From an uncultured Chlamydiae bacterium (lineage in GTDB: Bacteria > Chlamydiota > Chlamydiia > Chlamydiales > SM23-39): DNA of 64,000 bases. Numbering within the stretch: the first letter of the stretch is position 1; every line of letters begins with the position of its first letter. Shown in pieces: positions 50,324 to 60,164 of the stretch. The notes beneath the pieces are model-generated. The model ran no database searches. It was not told the DNA's origin and saw only the letters and a program-made list of their open reading frames with translations. The DNA lies in the NCBI GenBank assembly GCA_963730605.1, contig CAVSSM010000001.1, positions 576,001-640,000 of the forward strand, read 5' to 3'. The position numbers and the translations under genes were made by a program.

Positions 50324-51166
50324 CTAAACAGTTAGTAATTTCGACATGTCGATAGGGGAGGTGCTTCCTGCCCAAGTGAGAAAGCCGTCTTCGGCCTTTA
50401 AGGGAGGTACGAGAAGGTCTTCAGGGAAGAACCGAAATGTATCGAGTCCTGCCGGAGGCGCTCCGTTCTCGTAGCATCTTGCGATTTGGAGAAGGCCTAG
50501 GCTGCTTTCCAAGGCCGAAGAGAGGACGGTTGGCACAGGCAGGGAGGGAAAAAAACCAACGATACTTGGCTTGATGACCGCGGCTTTGAGTGTGGGGATT
50601 TTGTGGCAGGGCAATTTCAAGACCGGTTCATCGACCGCGATCGGAAATCCGGAAAGCTTGGAAAAACGGACAAGTTCGGGAAAAGATTGGACCGGATCTT
50701 CCAGGTATTCGAAATCTTGGGGGGAAAAATGGCGGGTAAACGAGAGGGCCTGGTCGAGGGTCCAAGAGCTGTTGCAGTCGAGCCGGAGCCGATATTTTCC
50801 GAGAAATTTTTTCACGTGGGCGACCGCTTCCTCGATGGACAACCCTCTGAGTTTCAACTTGAGAGTAGAAAATCCAGGGCGGGGGTCATTGACGAGCGCA
50901 AGGGGAATTTTCAGGGGCTTTCCCGAAAAAGGCTTTGATGCGGCTTTGATGCCGAAGCGAACCGAAGGAAGGCAAGGCTTGGCTGAAGCGAGATCGGGAA
51001 AAAACTCTAATATTTCACTTTTCGCCTCCTCTAAGGTTTCAGAGCTCAATCCAGGCAAAGGCGCGATTTCACCCCACCCGTCATTCCACTGGAGAATCAG
51101 CCCTTTACGGATCGGATATTTGGGCCAGGAGGTTTTTAGTTCATAGGAATAGAGTTTGGCTACCAA
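50324..51166 (-). CDS. menC: O-succinylbenzoate synthase
   Basis: GWGEIAPLPG.S.E, LKLK, LRLDCN..W, YLEDP, IAVDE, IKPS and SSALES motifs. Confidence 0.9.
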   Translation of the reverse strand: MVAKLYSYELKTSWPKYPIRKGLILQWNDGWGEIAPLPGLSSETLEEAKSEILEFFPDLASAKPCLPSVRFGIKAASKPFSGKPLKIPLALVNDPRPGFSTLKLKLRGLSIEEAVAHVKKFLGKYRLRLDCNSSWTLDQALSFTRHFSPQDFEYLEDPVQSFPELVRFSKLSGFPIAVDEPVLKLPCHKIPTLKAAVIKPSIVGFFPSLPVPTVLSSALESSLGLLQIARCYENGAPPAGLDTFRFFPEDLLVPPLKAEDGFLTWAGSTSPIDMSKLLTV

Positions 51167-52053
51167 AGTACACCCGCAATGAACACCAAAGTGTAGGCTA
51201 AAAGGAGGAGCGATGTTTCTTCGAGCGCCTCATGAGAGTTGAAGATCTTTTTGAGGGGAGCGAAAAGAATCATGAGGGATGCGGCGGTAATTGTAATGGG
51301 AAATCCTAGAGCGGCAAGCGCAATCGGCACGAGAAAGGCGGCAAAGATAAAAGCAGTATATAAGCCCTTACCAAATTTCGCACCGAACCGGACGACGAGC
51401 GTTTTTTTATTTGCGATCCGGTCGCTTCTCTCGTCGCGAAGGTTATTGGCCATGAGGATCGCAGCCGAGAGAAATGCAGGAGCGAGGCTTGCGATGAATA
51501 AGCGGAAGCCGCATTCGCCTGTTTGGAGAAAATAGGCGCCCATAACGGCGACGGGTCCGTAAAAGATGAGGACTAGAATCTCGCCGAGGCCAAGATACCC
51601 AAGAGGTTTCGGCCCTCCTGTGTAGAGAATGCCGCACAGGACGCAAAGCGCGGCGATTCCAAAACTCCAAAGCCCACTCGCGAGCATGAGCGGAAGGGCT
51701 AGGCATAAGGCCAATGCGAAAGTGAAGAGAGCTGCCTTGAGCATCGCGCTGGGGGCTATCCATCCAACGCTCACCGCCCGTTTTGGGCCGATCCGCTCTG
51801 AAGTGTCTGCGCCATTTACGAAGTCGAAATAATCGTTCGCATAGTTGGTCCCGATTTGGATGAAAAGGGAAAAGAAGAGCGTTAAAAGAAAGGTGTCCCA
51901 TGAGATGGGGGAATGCCTCGCTGCGAGAGCGCCGCCGATCAGGACGGGACAGATCCCAGCGCTCCAAGTTTTCGGGCGGGAAGCTAAAAAGAGGGCCTTA
52001 AGGGCGCTTGGGGAAGCGGGCGAAATCGGGCTTTCGTTTTTCGTTGAATGCAT
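51160..52053 (-). CDS. menA: 1,4-dihydroxy-2-naphthoate prenyltransferase
   Basis: [24 protein letters not shown] and NNLRD..D..K.TL motifs; start uncertain. Confidence 0.92.
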   Translation of the reverse strand: MHSTKNESPISPASPSALKALFLASRPKTWSAGICPVLIGGALAARHSPISWDTFLLTLFFSLFIQIGTNYANDYFDFVNGADTSERIGPKRAVSVGWIAPSAMLKAALFTFALALCLALPLMLASGLWSFGIAALCVLCGILYTGGPKPLGYLGLGEILVLIFYGPVAVMGAYFLQTGECGFRLFIASLAPAFLSAAILMANNLRDERSDRIANKKTLVVRFGAKFGKGLYTAFIFAAFLVPIALAALGFPITITAASLMILFAPLKKIFNSHEALEETSLLLLAYTLVFIAGVLW

Positions 52054-52816
52054 TGCGTCCTTCTTGTCCTTCCTCCGTCATGTAGAATAGCATCGTCGCA
52101 TTACCAGCCAGCTCTTGCAGCCCCGCTTGTCCGTCACAGTCGGCGTTGAGCCCTGCTTTGAGGCAGCGGATCGCGATCGGCGAATGCTGGAGGATCTCGC
52201 GGCACCATTGGACGGTCGTCTCCTCGAGTTTTTCATAGGGGACGATGCAATTGACGAGTCCCATTTCGAGAGCTTGCTGAGCATTGTACTGGCGGCAAAG
52301 AAACCAAATCTCACGCGCCTTTTTTTGGCCGACGATCCTTGCCAAAAAGGAAGTGCCATAGCCGCCATCGAACGAGCCGACTTTGGGGCCGGTCTGGCCG
52401 AAAATGGCGCTGTCGGCAGCAATGCTGAGGTCGCATAGCACATGCAGCACATGCCCCCCCCCGACCGCAAAGCCTGCGATCATCGCGACGATCGGTTTTG
52501 GGCAAGAACGCATTTGCCTCTGGAAATCGAGGACGTTCAGGCGATGGACGCCTTGCCCGTCGGCATATCCGGCGTCCCCACGGATCTTTTGGTCGCCGCC
52601 AGAGCAAAAAGCCTCTTTCCCTTCCCCAGTCAAAATGACGACCCCGATGGTCGGGTCGTTCCGCGCATCGTTCAAGGCATGGCTCATCTCTTCGACGGTC
52701 ATTGGGCGAAAGGCGTTTCGCACCTGAGGGCGGTTGATGGTGATCTTCGCAATTCCCTCGTGTTTGTGGTATTTGATATCGGTGTAAACGCCGCTCGATT
52801 TCCAGGGAAATGTCAT
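51998..52816 (-). CDS. menB: 1,4-dihydroxy-2-naphthoyl-CoA synthase
   Basis: [26 protein letters not shown] and [10 protein letters not shown] motifs. Confidence 0.97.
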   Translation of the reverse strand: MTFPWKSSGVYTDIKYHKHEGIAKITINRPQVRNAFRPMTVEEMSHALNDARNDPTIGVVILTGEGKEAFCSGGDQKIRGDAGYADGQGVHRLNVLDFQRQMRSCPKPIVAMIAGFAVGGGHVLHVLCDLSIAADSAIFGQTGPKVGSFDGGYGTSFLARIVGQKKAREIWFLCRQYNAQQALEMGLVNCIVPYEKLEETTVQWCREILQHSPIAIRCLKAGLNADCDGQAGLQELAGNATMLFYMTEEGQEGRNAFNEKRKPDFARFPKRP

Positions 52817-53523
52817 AAAATTTTTTCCGCGATGATTTGAGCAAAACTTTCCGGTTTTTCCAGGTGGATGACATGCCCTGATTCCAAAACGATGATCGCC
52901 TCCGGGTGGAGAGCCCGGAATTTCGTGTCCTTTTCGCCGACGATATGGATCGCGGTTTTTACATGTAAGATCGGTTGGTTGCCGAGGCTGAAGTGTACGA
53001 GGGCCTCAGCTAGATCTGGGATGTTTTGTTTTCGGCGCATTGAAAAATCAGGTATATAGCTTTTAAAGAGGGGCTGATCGTACCAGCGTCGCAAAAACTC
53101 GTCAATCGGTAATTCCAAAAGCAGCCTCGCCCATTTAGCATCGCCCTCTTTCCGTTTTTCTTTTTCAACGAAGCTCAAGAGCCCAGGATGGGCTGAGGCG
53201 ACGATGAGCTGAGCGATCCGTTCGGGAAAGCGGAGGGCGTATTGCATGGCGAGCCGCCCCCCCATCGAATAGCCGATGAGATGGAATTTCGGAGCGGGAG
53301 GTTTGATCTCAAAGGTAGGCGAGAAGGGAGAGGAGCCATGCCCTGGCAGATCGACGCCGATGCAATGGCAGGGAGGCAAGTAGGAACAAACGGGCTCCCA
53401 GTCCGCGCTATTTCCCAGAAATCCGTGAAGGAAAACAAGGGGGATGCCGGGCCCTCTTTTGAGAAGGATGGATTTACAACTCATTGAAGGAAAAGGATAC
53501 AGTTTGCTAAAGTTTTGGACCAT
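52813..53523 (-). CDS. menH: SHCHC synthase (alpha/beta hydrolase)
   Basis: [27 protein letters not shown] and GH..H.E.P motifs; the start may be 53484. Confidence 0.88.
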   Translation of the reverse strand: MVQNFSKLYPFPSMSCKSILLKRGPGIPLVFLHGFLGNSADWEPVCSYLPPCHCIGVDLPGHGSSPFSPTFEIKPPAPKFHLIGYSMGGRLAMQYALRFPERIAQLIVASAHPGLLSFVEKEKRKEGDAKWARLLLELPIDEFLRRWYDQPLFKSYIPDFSMRRKQNIPDLAEALVHFSLGNQPILHVKTAIHIVGEKDTKFRALHPEAIIVLESGHVIHLEKPESFAQIIAEKIL

Positions 53524-53643
53524 GAAAAATGAATTTTTTTGACCTTAACGGAACAAAATTATAACAGGTTATGGAAGGAGAAGCCGATCCAAGAAATTTG
53601 CGACTCTTGCAGGTAAATTTTAAATTGAATAATATTGTACAAA

Positions 53644-53786
53644 TTTTCGGTTCTTTTGAGCCGATTTTCGATTCAAGACTTGGGGGGCAATATCGACAAC
53701 AGTATATGGCCCCCCAAGCTTTGAAGTCGAAAAGCGGCCAAAATAATCCAAAAACTCGGGCGTTCCCTCACTTTGTAGACACCCTC
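53644..53786. mobile_element. MITE family A, copy 4 (inverted, one end missing)
   Basis: Reverse complement of copies 1-3, ending GTAGACACCCTC-TAA. Confidence 0.88.
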
Positions 53787-53809
53787 TAAACTAAATTGGG
53801 AGAAATTGA

Positions 53810-54241
53810 ATGACCTATCTCATAGAAAAGAATCATCAAACACATTTAAAGAATTGGAATGAGGTTAGAGAGCTTTTGCTCGGTTCATCACAAGATGCGA
53901 CTATTTCTCGCGAGCAAACTGCCTCGAGAACCTCAACGATGAAAAAAATCTGTAGTTTTGTCGAAATTCTAGCAGTAAGCGGTGCTATGTTAACTCTCGC
54001 ATTGGTGCGTTCTCGCTCTTTGAAATTGTTGGCCATACCACACTTGACTCTAGCATTCGGCTTCAATGAATTGCGCAACGTGGCGCAGAATATGGAACAG
54101 TTGCTTAATGCAGACGTATCTGTCAGAAAAGACGCAAGTTCCCCTGAACAGTTTCTTCGCACTATTTATAAAGGGACATTGCTCATTGAATATTATTTCA
54201 AGGCACTTGGAGAGCCTTACCACCTGAACTCCATACTCTAG
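53810..54241 (+). CDS. Orphan protein with a bilobed hydrophobic segment
   Basis: GGAG RBS; AT-rich; two adjacent hydrophobic helices. Confidence 0.6.
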   Translation: MTYLIEKNHQTHLKNWNEVRELLLGSSQDATISREQTASRTSTMKKICSFVEILAVSGAMLTLALVRSRSLKLLAIPHLTLAFGFNELRNVAQNMEQLLNADVSVRKDASSPEQFLRTIYKGTLLIEYYFKALGEPYHLNSIL

Positions 54242-54577
54242 CATTCGGCTTCAATGAATTGCGCAACGTGGCGCAGAATATGGAACAGTTGCTTTAGGGG
54301 CTGTTAAAGAATAAAGTAAACTGTTTTGCGGTTCTTAGAGTGGCCCAGATGTCTGCGGCAGCGACAAGGTCAATGTTCGAGCAATATAACCGAGTCGCTG
54401 CCGTCTGGCAGATGGGCCGCTATAATGGCCGGGAAATGGTTTAACTTATTTTTTAACAGCCCCTTAATGCAGACGTATCTGTCAGAAAAGACGCAAGTTC
54501 CCCTGAACGGTTTTTTCGCACTATTTATAAAGGGACATTGCTCATTGAATATTATTTCAAGGCACTTGGAGAGCCTT
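54047..54577 (+). repeat. Tandem duplication of ~172 bp (54047-54218 and 54235-54577); second copy interrupted by a MITE
   Basis: ACTCTAGCATTCGGCTTCAATG...GAGAGCCTT occurs twice. Confidence 0.92.
54297..54463. mobile_element. MITE with GGGGCTGTTAAA TIRs and TTA duplication
   Basis: Absent from the first copy of the duplication; ends GGGGCTGTTAAAGAATAA / TTATTTTTTAACAGCCCC. Confidence 0.9.
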
Positions 54578-54634
54578 CATAAGAGACTGTCTGCGATCCT
54601 ACCATAAGTTGCTCAGTCTAGCTACCATAATACG

Positions 54635-54802
54635 CAGGGCGAGCGCATCAAATGTTGAATTCGTAGTATGTGCGTACACCCCTACGTTGCCTACCTGATC
54701 AGAGAACGTCTCTGATGAATCGTCCGAACCGGTGTTGCTACTCATTTACCCGTAGGAGGGTACAGGGTCGACTGGATTTTGCATTTTGATGCGCTCGCCC
54801 TG
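54635..54802. mobile_element. ISAs1-derived MITE
   Basis: 18-bp perfect TIR CAGGGCGAGCGCATCAAA, identical to the ISAs1 end at 24335-24352. Confidence 0.88.
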
Positions 54803-54951
54803 CATAAGCTGTAATTAATTCGTAATCTTTACTATGTCGTCGGAACTTCCCCAGCCATGCAAACATTTTCTAAGCGGCTACTGGTCTGCTTTATGAGTTG
54901 AACGATTTGGTCGCATTGATTGTAAGTAAAAAAATGACAATATAAAAAATT

Positions 54952-56781
54952 TTAATTTACGGTAAACACCGACTCTCTCGAGCAAGCGGATTGGAATTTT
55001 TTTTGAAACCTGTAGTTTTCATCCCTCTTTGTAAAGAGTTCCACTAGGGCGCTTTGCTCGAAGGAGATGCGCTCGAAGGGGAGATAGGGGATGCCGAACA
55101 TCCGGGCCGCGTCTTCAAAGCGGAAGGAGTGGGAGGCCGCCATATAGGTTTCGAATTGAGGCCACTCTGCGATGGGAAGATGAGAAAAGATGCCGCTGCC
55201 GAAATTGTTCGAGGCCAAAATAACGACAGGGTGGGCGGTTTTTTTCAAAAGGGGAAGGGAATTCAGGTCATGGAGACAGGTCTGGTCTCCAAGAATGGCA
55301 AGGACGGGGGCGTGAAGCCCCTCCGAGAGCCCTGCAGCAGTGGCGATATTGCCGTCGATGCCCGAAAGGCCCCGGTTGCCAAAAAACCCCAGGCATTTTT
55401 TCGGAAAAAGAAAATGATCGGCGTCGCGGATTGGCATCCCGTTCGCAAGGAAAACGGCAAAAAACTCTGGAAGCATTTCGGCGAGATGACGCATCGCGTG
55501 CGCTTCGGTAAAAGGAAAGTCCTCCCGGAACTGGTTTTCAGAGACGGCCAAGATCTCCTCATCGAGCCCTTTCCATCGGCCAAGCCATGAAGGGTCGCAT
55601 CCACCTGCAAATGTTTCGCAAAAAGGTTCGATATCGCACTGCAAACGGCCATGCAATCTCCGGTTCGGATCTTGAAGAAAAGGGGACGGGCTTACATGGA
55701 GTGTCGGCGCCCAATCTAGAATTTTTTTAGAGGCGAACCGATTGCCGAAATGAAGGATATAATCAGGGAACAGGTGCGGATTTGTTTTGATAATCCAATC
55801 GAAATGGCGGATCTGTTCGTAAGAGGGCTCTAGCCTCGCATTGGATAGGATGTCGGCAAATACGGGCCATTGAAGCCTTTCCGCAAGGGTCAAGATAGGA
55901 CGGGGATCGGATCCGGTCTCGCCGATGAAGATGACCCCTCGTTTTGCCTCTGTTTTGGTTGGAGGCGGGACGAGGCGGGCAGGGGCAAAGCGGATGGGGA
56001 ATCCCGATTCTTGGGGAGGATCTCGAGTAAAAGGTTCGCGGAATTGGCAATTGAGCTGGACGGGGCCTTTCGGGTTTTGGGTCGCGTGGAAGACCCCTTG
56101 CGCGGCGATTGAGCGGAAATAACTTTCGGAAAGGTGTGGCGGAAGATCGGCTTGCCAGCGGATAAAATGGCTGAAAATCTTGATTTGGTCCGTGGTTTGG
56201 TTTGCGCCGCAATCTCGGAGCTCTGCGGGCCGATCGCAAGTCAGAAGAATCATCGGCGTGGAGCTGTGGTGCGCCTCCATGACGCTGGGGAGAAGATTGC
56301 CGACGGCGGTCCCCGAGGTCGTGATCACGGCAGCGGGGCGCCTTGCCCCTTTTCCATATCCTAACGCATAAAAACCAAGGCCCCGCTCGTCATAATGGAC
56401 GATCGTTTTCGTTCGAGGGTGTTCTGCGGCCGCCACGACAAGCGGCGTATTTCTCGATCCTGGGGCAATGCAGAAATGATCGGTCCCTTGGCAGATCAAT
56501 TGATCGATGATCCAAAATGCCTCTTTATTAACATGGGTGGTAAAAAGTTGACAATCTACTTGCTGCGCCTCCCTTCGGGCCGATTCGCTTCGCTCATCTG
56601 CTCCGCGAGAAAAAGGTTTCTCGAACCTTTTTCTCGATTCCGCAGCCAAATCGATCTTCCTCGTCGCCCTTGCCTCTGGCAATGGTGCTCCTTGTTCAGA
56701 ACGGGGGCTTTGCCCCCTTCGATTTTGCTGTGGCTCGCTGGCGTATATTGTCTCCTTTTTATCGCCCCTGTTAATAGTCAT
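54952..56781 (-). CDS. menD: SEPHCHC synthase with an 83-aa N-terminal MITE-derived insert
   Basis: APGSRNTPL, DERGLGFYALG, TSGTA, NRGLSGIDG and GD...LHDLN motifs; the ATG overlaps the menF stop. Confidence 0.93.
   Translation of the reverse strand: MTINRGDKKETIYASEPQQNRRGQSPRSEQGAPLPEARATRKIDLAAESRKRFEKPFSRGADERSESARREAQQVDCQLFTTHVNKEAFWIIDQLICQGTDHFCIAPGSRNTPLVVAAAEHPRTKTIVHYDERGLGFYALGYGKGARRPAAVITTSGTAVGNLLPSVMEAHHSSTPMILLTCDRPAELRDCGANQTTDQIKIFSHFIRWQADLPPHLSESYFRSIAAQGVFHATQNPKGPVQLNCQFREPFTRDPPQESGFPIRFAPARLVPPPTKTEAKRGVIFIGETGSDPRPILTLAERLQWPVFADILSNARLEPSYEQIRHFDWIIKTNPHLFPDYILHFGNRFASKKILDWAPTLHVSPSPFLQDPNRRLHGRLQCDIEPFCETFAGGCDPSWLGRWKGLDEEILAVSENQFREDFPFTEAHAMRHLAEMLPEFFAVFLANGMPIRDADHFLFPKKCLGFFGNRGLSGIDGNIATAAGLSEGLHAPVLAILGDQTCLHDLNSLPLLKKTAHPVVILASNNFGSGIFSHLPIAEWPQFETYMAASHSFRFEDAARMFGIPYLPFERISFEQSALVELFTKRDENYRFQKKFQSACSRESVFTVN
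56526..56776. mobile_element. TA-bounded palindromic MITE inserted in frame in menD
   Basis: 34-bp imperfect TIR TATTAACATGGGTGGTAAAAAGTTGACAATCTAC vs reverse complement TATTAACAGGGGCGATAAAAAGGAGACAATATAC. Confidence 0.88.
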
Positions 56782-57727
56782 ACGAAGATCCCGTCATAGA
56801 GGCGGCTTTTTTGATTGAGCTCTTCCCATTCCTCTTCTGGTTCGGACCCTTCGACAATGCCGGTTCCAGCATAGAGATAAGCGCGGTTGCCCCTCACAAA
56901 GCAAGAGCGGATTCCGACGATCCATTCGGAAGTTTCGGGGGTGCTCCAACCAAGAGCGCCGCCGTAGAGGCCCCGCTCGAAGGGCTCCAATGCCCGGATC
57001 AGATGGAACGCCTCTTCAGTGGGAGTGCCGCAAAGAGCTGGCGTCGGGTGGATGCGGGAGAGAATTTCTTCATCGGTAAGATTGTTTTTCAAGGTTGCCC
57101 TGCAGCGAGCATAAAGATGTTGGACATTCTGCGTTTTGTGAAGAGCAATGGGAGAAAATGTAAGAGGTCCTTGGCAAATGGGATGGAGAGCGGTTTGCAA
57201 AAATGTTTGCACAGGAGAGAGTTCCCTAAGGTCCTTCGCGCTCTTCATGAGCTCTTGTCCCAGCCTCTCGTCTTCTTCGGGAGAGCTTCCGCGAGGGCGG
57301 GTTCCAGCCATTGCTTCGCTATAAAGATTCTGCCGTTCGCGGAAAAAAGGCGCTCCGGGCTGGCGCCGAAAAAGGAGATGTCACCCTCGCTGAAACAAAA
57401 GACGTGCGCTCCTTGTGCTTTTCTTTGAAGAGCGGCGGTGAGGGCAAAAGGGTCAGGGCATGACTCCAGCTCCAAAATCTGGCAGCGGGCAAGGACGATT
57501 TTTTCCATCTTCTTTGCGAGGGCCTTTTTCACGGCATGGATCCACTCCGCTTTTTCAGGAACGAAGGTCCGTTTTACTACCTCCATTGAGACGGGGGGTG
57601 GGAGATAGTCCACTCTTGACGACTCTTCTTGAAAAGGAGAGCGCGCATTGGGAAAGAAAGGACGGCATTGGAATTTCGCATCTCGCGGCGGGCCTAGCCC
57701 ATCGCGGTCTGACCAATAGACTCTCAA
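56778..57727 (-). CDS. menF: Isochorismate synthase, one frameshift at an A6 run near 57343-57348
   Basis: KIVLAR and FFGASPERL, then AGT, VQHL, HPTPALCG.P and AG.GIV.GS.P..EW.E in the next frame. Confidence 0.88.
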
Positions 57728-58422
57728 CGCTTCTCCCCTAAATATAAAGTGACGACGCCAAGCGCCATTGGAATTTGCCGAGACGTGAGGGAGGCGCTTT
57801 TCATTAAAGATAAGAAGGCGCCGCCGCTTGGGAAAGTTTCGATCGTCTCGTTCAAATAGCGGTAGGCTGCTCTATTTTTGGAAAAAAATCCGCCAACGTG
57901 AGGAAGGATGCGGCGCAAATAGAAGAGATGGAGCGTTTTCAAGGGCTTTGGCGGCAAGGAAAATTCCAAGATAAGACACCTTCCGCCGGGTTTCAGGACA
58001 CGGGCAATTTCTTTGAGCGCGGCACTCGGATCGGACACGTTGCGGATCCCGAAAGAAAACGTCGCCGCATCGAAAGAGCTATCCCTAAAGGGGAGCCGCA
58101 AAGCGTCGGCGCGCTGAAATTTGACTTTTGTTTTGTAAGGTTTCGATCCGATTTTGGCCTGGGCAATTTCGAGCATGAAAGAGGCAAGGTCGATGCCGAC
58201 CGCGGACCGGATGTGGGCGTCGCTCTCCATGCAGGCGATGAGCTGATCCCCTGTCCCTGTCGCTATGTCGAGGAGATCCAGATTTTTTCGCTCTGGCAGG
58301 TGCAGGGCGGCACGCCTTCTCCAACCGCGGTCCATCCCAAAGGATAGGATCGAGTTGATCCGGTCATAGGTCGCTGAGATCGCATCGAACATTTTCCAGA
58401 CGTTTTCCCGGGAGTGGGTCAT
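57724..58422 (-). CDS. menG: Demethylmenaquinone methyltransferase MenG/UbiE
   Basis: MFD.I...YD..N..LSFG.D..WR, LDIATGTGD, FGIRNV, RVLKPGG and AY.YL motifs. Confidence 0.92.
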   Translation of the reverse strand: MTHSRENVWKMFDAISATYDRINSILSFGMDRGWRRRAALHLPERKNLDLLDIATGTGDQLIACMESDAHIRSAVGIDLASFMLEIAQAKIGSKPYKTKVKFQRADALRLPFRDSSFDAATFSFGIRNVSDPSAALKEIARVLKPGGRCLILEFSLPPKPLKTLHLFYLRRILPHVGGFFSKNRAAYRYLNETIETFPSGGAFLSLMKSASLTSRQIPMALGVVTLYLGEKR

Positions 58423-60083
58423 GCGGTTGCCTCTTGCTCGGCGGTTCTAGTGTTCGCAGCAAGGAGACCCGCCGCAAGGAAAAATGGGAGCTTCCCTTGC
58501 TGAAAGAGGAGCGGGTAAAAATCGCAGCCCCCGATGAAAAGAAAGGCGATAAAAATAGCGGTCAAAGAGGCAGTGAGGGGGGTAAGGGGTGTGTGGCTCG
58601 CCGCCCAAAGCAAGGAGAAAATGAAGAGGAGAAACGCGGAAAGAGATAGAAGACCCGTTTCTCCAGCCAAGTAGAGATAGATATTATGAGTGGCGCTCGA
58701 CGCTGGGAATTCCTTGCCCCCGAAAGGCTTTTGGGGGAGATAATCAAGGCCGCGGATCGAGAGCTGGTCAAACCCGGCGCCAAAAAGGGGAAAGTCTTTG
58801 ATGACTTGGAGCGCCAAGTTTTGATAGGAGATCCGAAGAGCGTCCGACCCTTGCGCAACCCCATTGTAATTCACGATCCCGCCGCGATCCTTGATTTGGG
58901 TCTGAAGGACAAGAAAGCTAAAAAGGATGGAGAAGGTTATTGTAAGGGCAGGAAGCCGGATCGACTTCCAGAGGAAACGTAAACCATTTTGCCTCAAATG
59001 GAGACCGAACCAGGCCAGGGTGCCGAGCATCAAACTAAAAAGCGCTGACCGGGAAAACGTTAGACTCATCGCGAAGAATTGGATGGGAATCATCAGTGCC
59101 GCTGCAAGACGCCACTTTGGGCGGGAAAAAAGCGAATAAGCCGCAAGGATTGACATGCTTAAATACCCGCCCAGGACGTTTGGGTGCGGGAAGGTGCCTG
59201 AAGGTCGGATCACTTCGCGCGGCTGCACGCCTAAGTTGTTATCGAACAGCCAAATGCGTCCCGAATCGACACCAAATACAGGAAAGCTGGACGGCTCGCT
59301 GAAGAGGCGGAGGCCAAGAGGCCCTTGAATTGCGTATTGGGCGATCGCGAGGCCCGATTGGATGAGCGCGGTTCCTATAAGGCATTGGAGCAAAAGAAAA
59401 GAGAGTTTGGATTTGTCCTCTACTCTCCCGTTGGCAAGGAAACAAAAAAGGATAAAGGGGGTGGCAAGTTGCAATAGGCGGATGTAGGGGATAGGGTAAC
59501 TGGCAAAAGGAGAAAGGGCGATCGAAATCAAAGCGCAAAGAAAAACGGTCCAAAGAAAAACGGCGCCTCTAGGTATGAAGAATCGTCTCAAAGGGATGCG
59601 GAACGCAAAAAGGGCAATGAAGAGGAGCAAAAGAGCGATGACATCGGAAGGGTAGAAATAGATCTTCTTATCGAAGAAGCTCGGCAAAACTAGATTTCCC
59701 GGGATGAGTTTCAGAGAAAAAAAACGGAAGAGCTTGTCGTATTTGTGCTCGAAGGGAATAGCAAAAGCGATAACGCAGAGGAGAAAAAGGGATATACTGC
59801 GCGCGGTTGGCTTCTTAAAATTTGGACGGGCTGCGACTTCGCCAAATCGATCTGCTCCGCGAGAAAAACGGTCCATCCGAGGACCGTTTTTCTCGATTCC
59901 GCAGTCCTCGGAAATATTGCCTTCGGATATTTCCTTCGCCCCGTCCCCAAAAACGATGCGTTGTTTGGGGGCCCCTGGGGAGGTCGGTCGGACCGCTTCG
60001 CTTCGATTTTGCTTTGTCTCGCTTGCGTTCAAATTTAAAAATCCTTCCCGCGCGCAGTATAGACGCCGCCAAAACATAAACAC
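58419..60083 (-). CDS. O-antigen ligase (Wzy_C)-family membrane protein with an 89-aa MITE-derived insert
   Basis: Multiple TM helices with R..GTF.HPN..G, TFSRS, P.FGAG and HNIYL...ETG; the stop overlaps the menG ATG. Confidence 0.85.
   Translation of the reverse strand: MFMFWRRLYCAREGFLNLNASETKQNRSEAVRPTSPGAPKQRIVFGDGAKEISEGNISEDCGIEKNGPRMDRFSRGADRFGEVAARPNFKKPTARSISLFLLCVIAFAIPFEHKYDKLFRFFSLKLIPGNLVLPSFFDKKIYFYPSDVIALLLLFIALFAFRIPLRRFFIPRGAVFLWTVFLCALISIALSPFASYPIPYIRLLQLATPFILFCFLANGRVEDKSKLSFLLLQCLIGTALIQSGLAIAQYAIQGPLGLRLFSEPSSFPVFGVDSGRIWLFDNNLGVQPREVIRPSGTFPHPNVLGGYLSMSILAAYSLFSRPKWRLAAALMIPIQFFAMSLTFSRSALFSLMLGTLAWFGLHLRQNGLRFLWKSIRLPALTITFSILFSFLVLQTQIKDRGGIVNYNGVAQGSDALRISYQNLALQVIKDFPLFGAGFDQLSIRGLDYLPQKPFGGKEFPASSATHNIYLYLAGETGLLSLSAFLLFIFSLLWAASHTPLTPLTASLTAIFIAFLFIGGCDFYPLLFQQGKLPFFLAAGLLAANTRTAEQEATA
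59793..60061. mobile_element. TA-bounded palindromic MITE inserted in frame at codon 8, with a nested hairpin (59945-59975)
   Basis: Perfect 14-bp TIR TATACTGCGCGCGG, extending imperfectly to ~36 bp; core shared with the menD element. Confidence 0.9.
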
Positions 60084-60164
60084 GACGTCAAACTTATCGC
60101 ATATGCAGATTTAGTTCAAAACTACTTAGCTCTCATCCCAAAAAAGCCCCTGGATTTTTTCTCT

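Noticed and set aside
19406..57727. Frameshifts in cyoB (G4), IS3 orfB, yidC (C7) and menF (A6) as phase variation or programmed recoding
   Set aside because: They are single-base indels, mostly in short homopolymers, scattered over unrelated and otherwise intact genes. This fits long-read consensus error; the reads are needed to decide.
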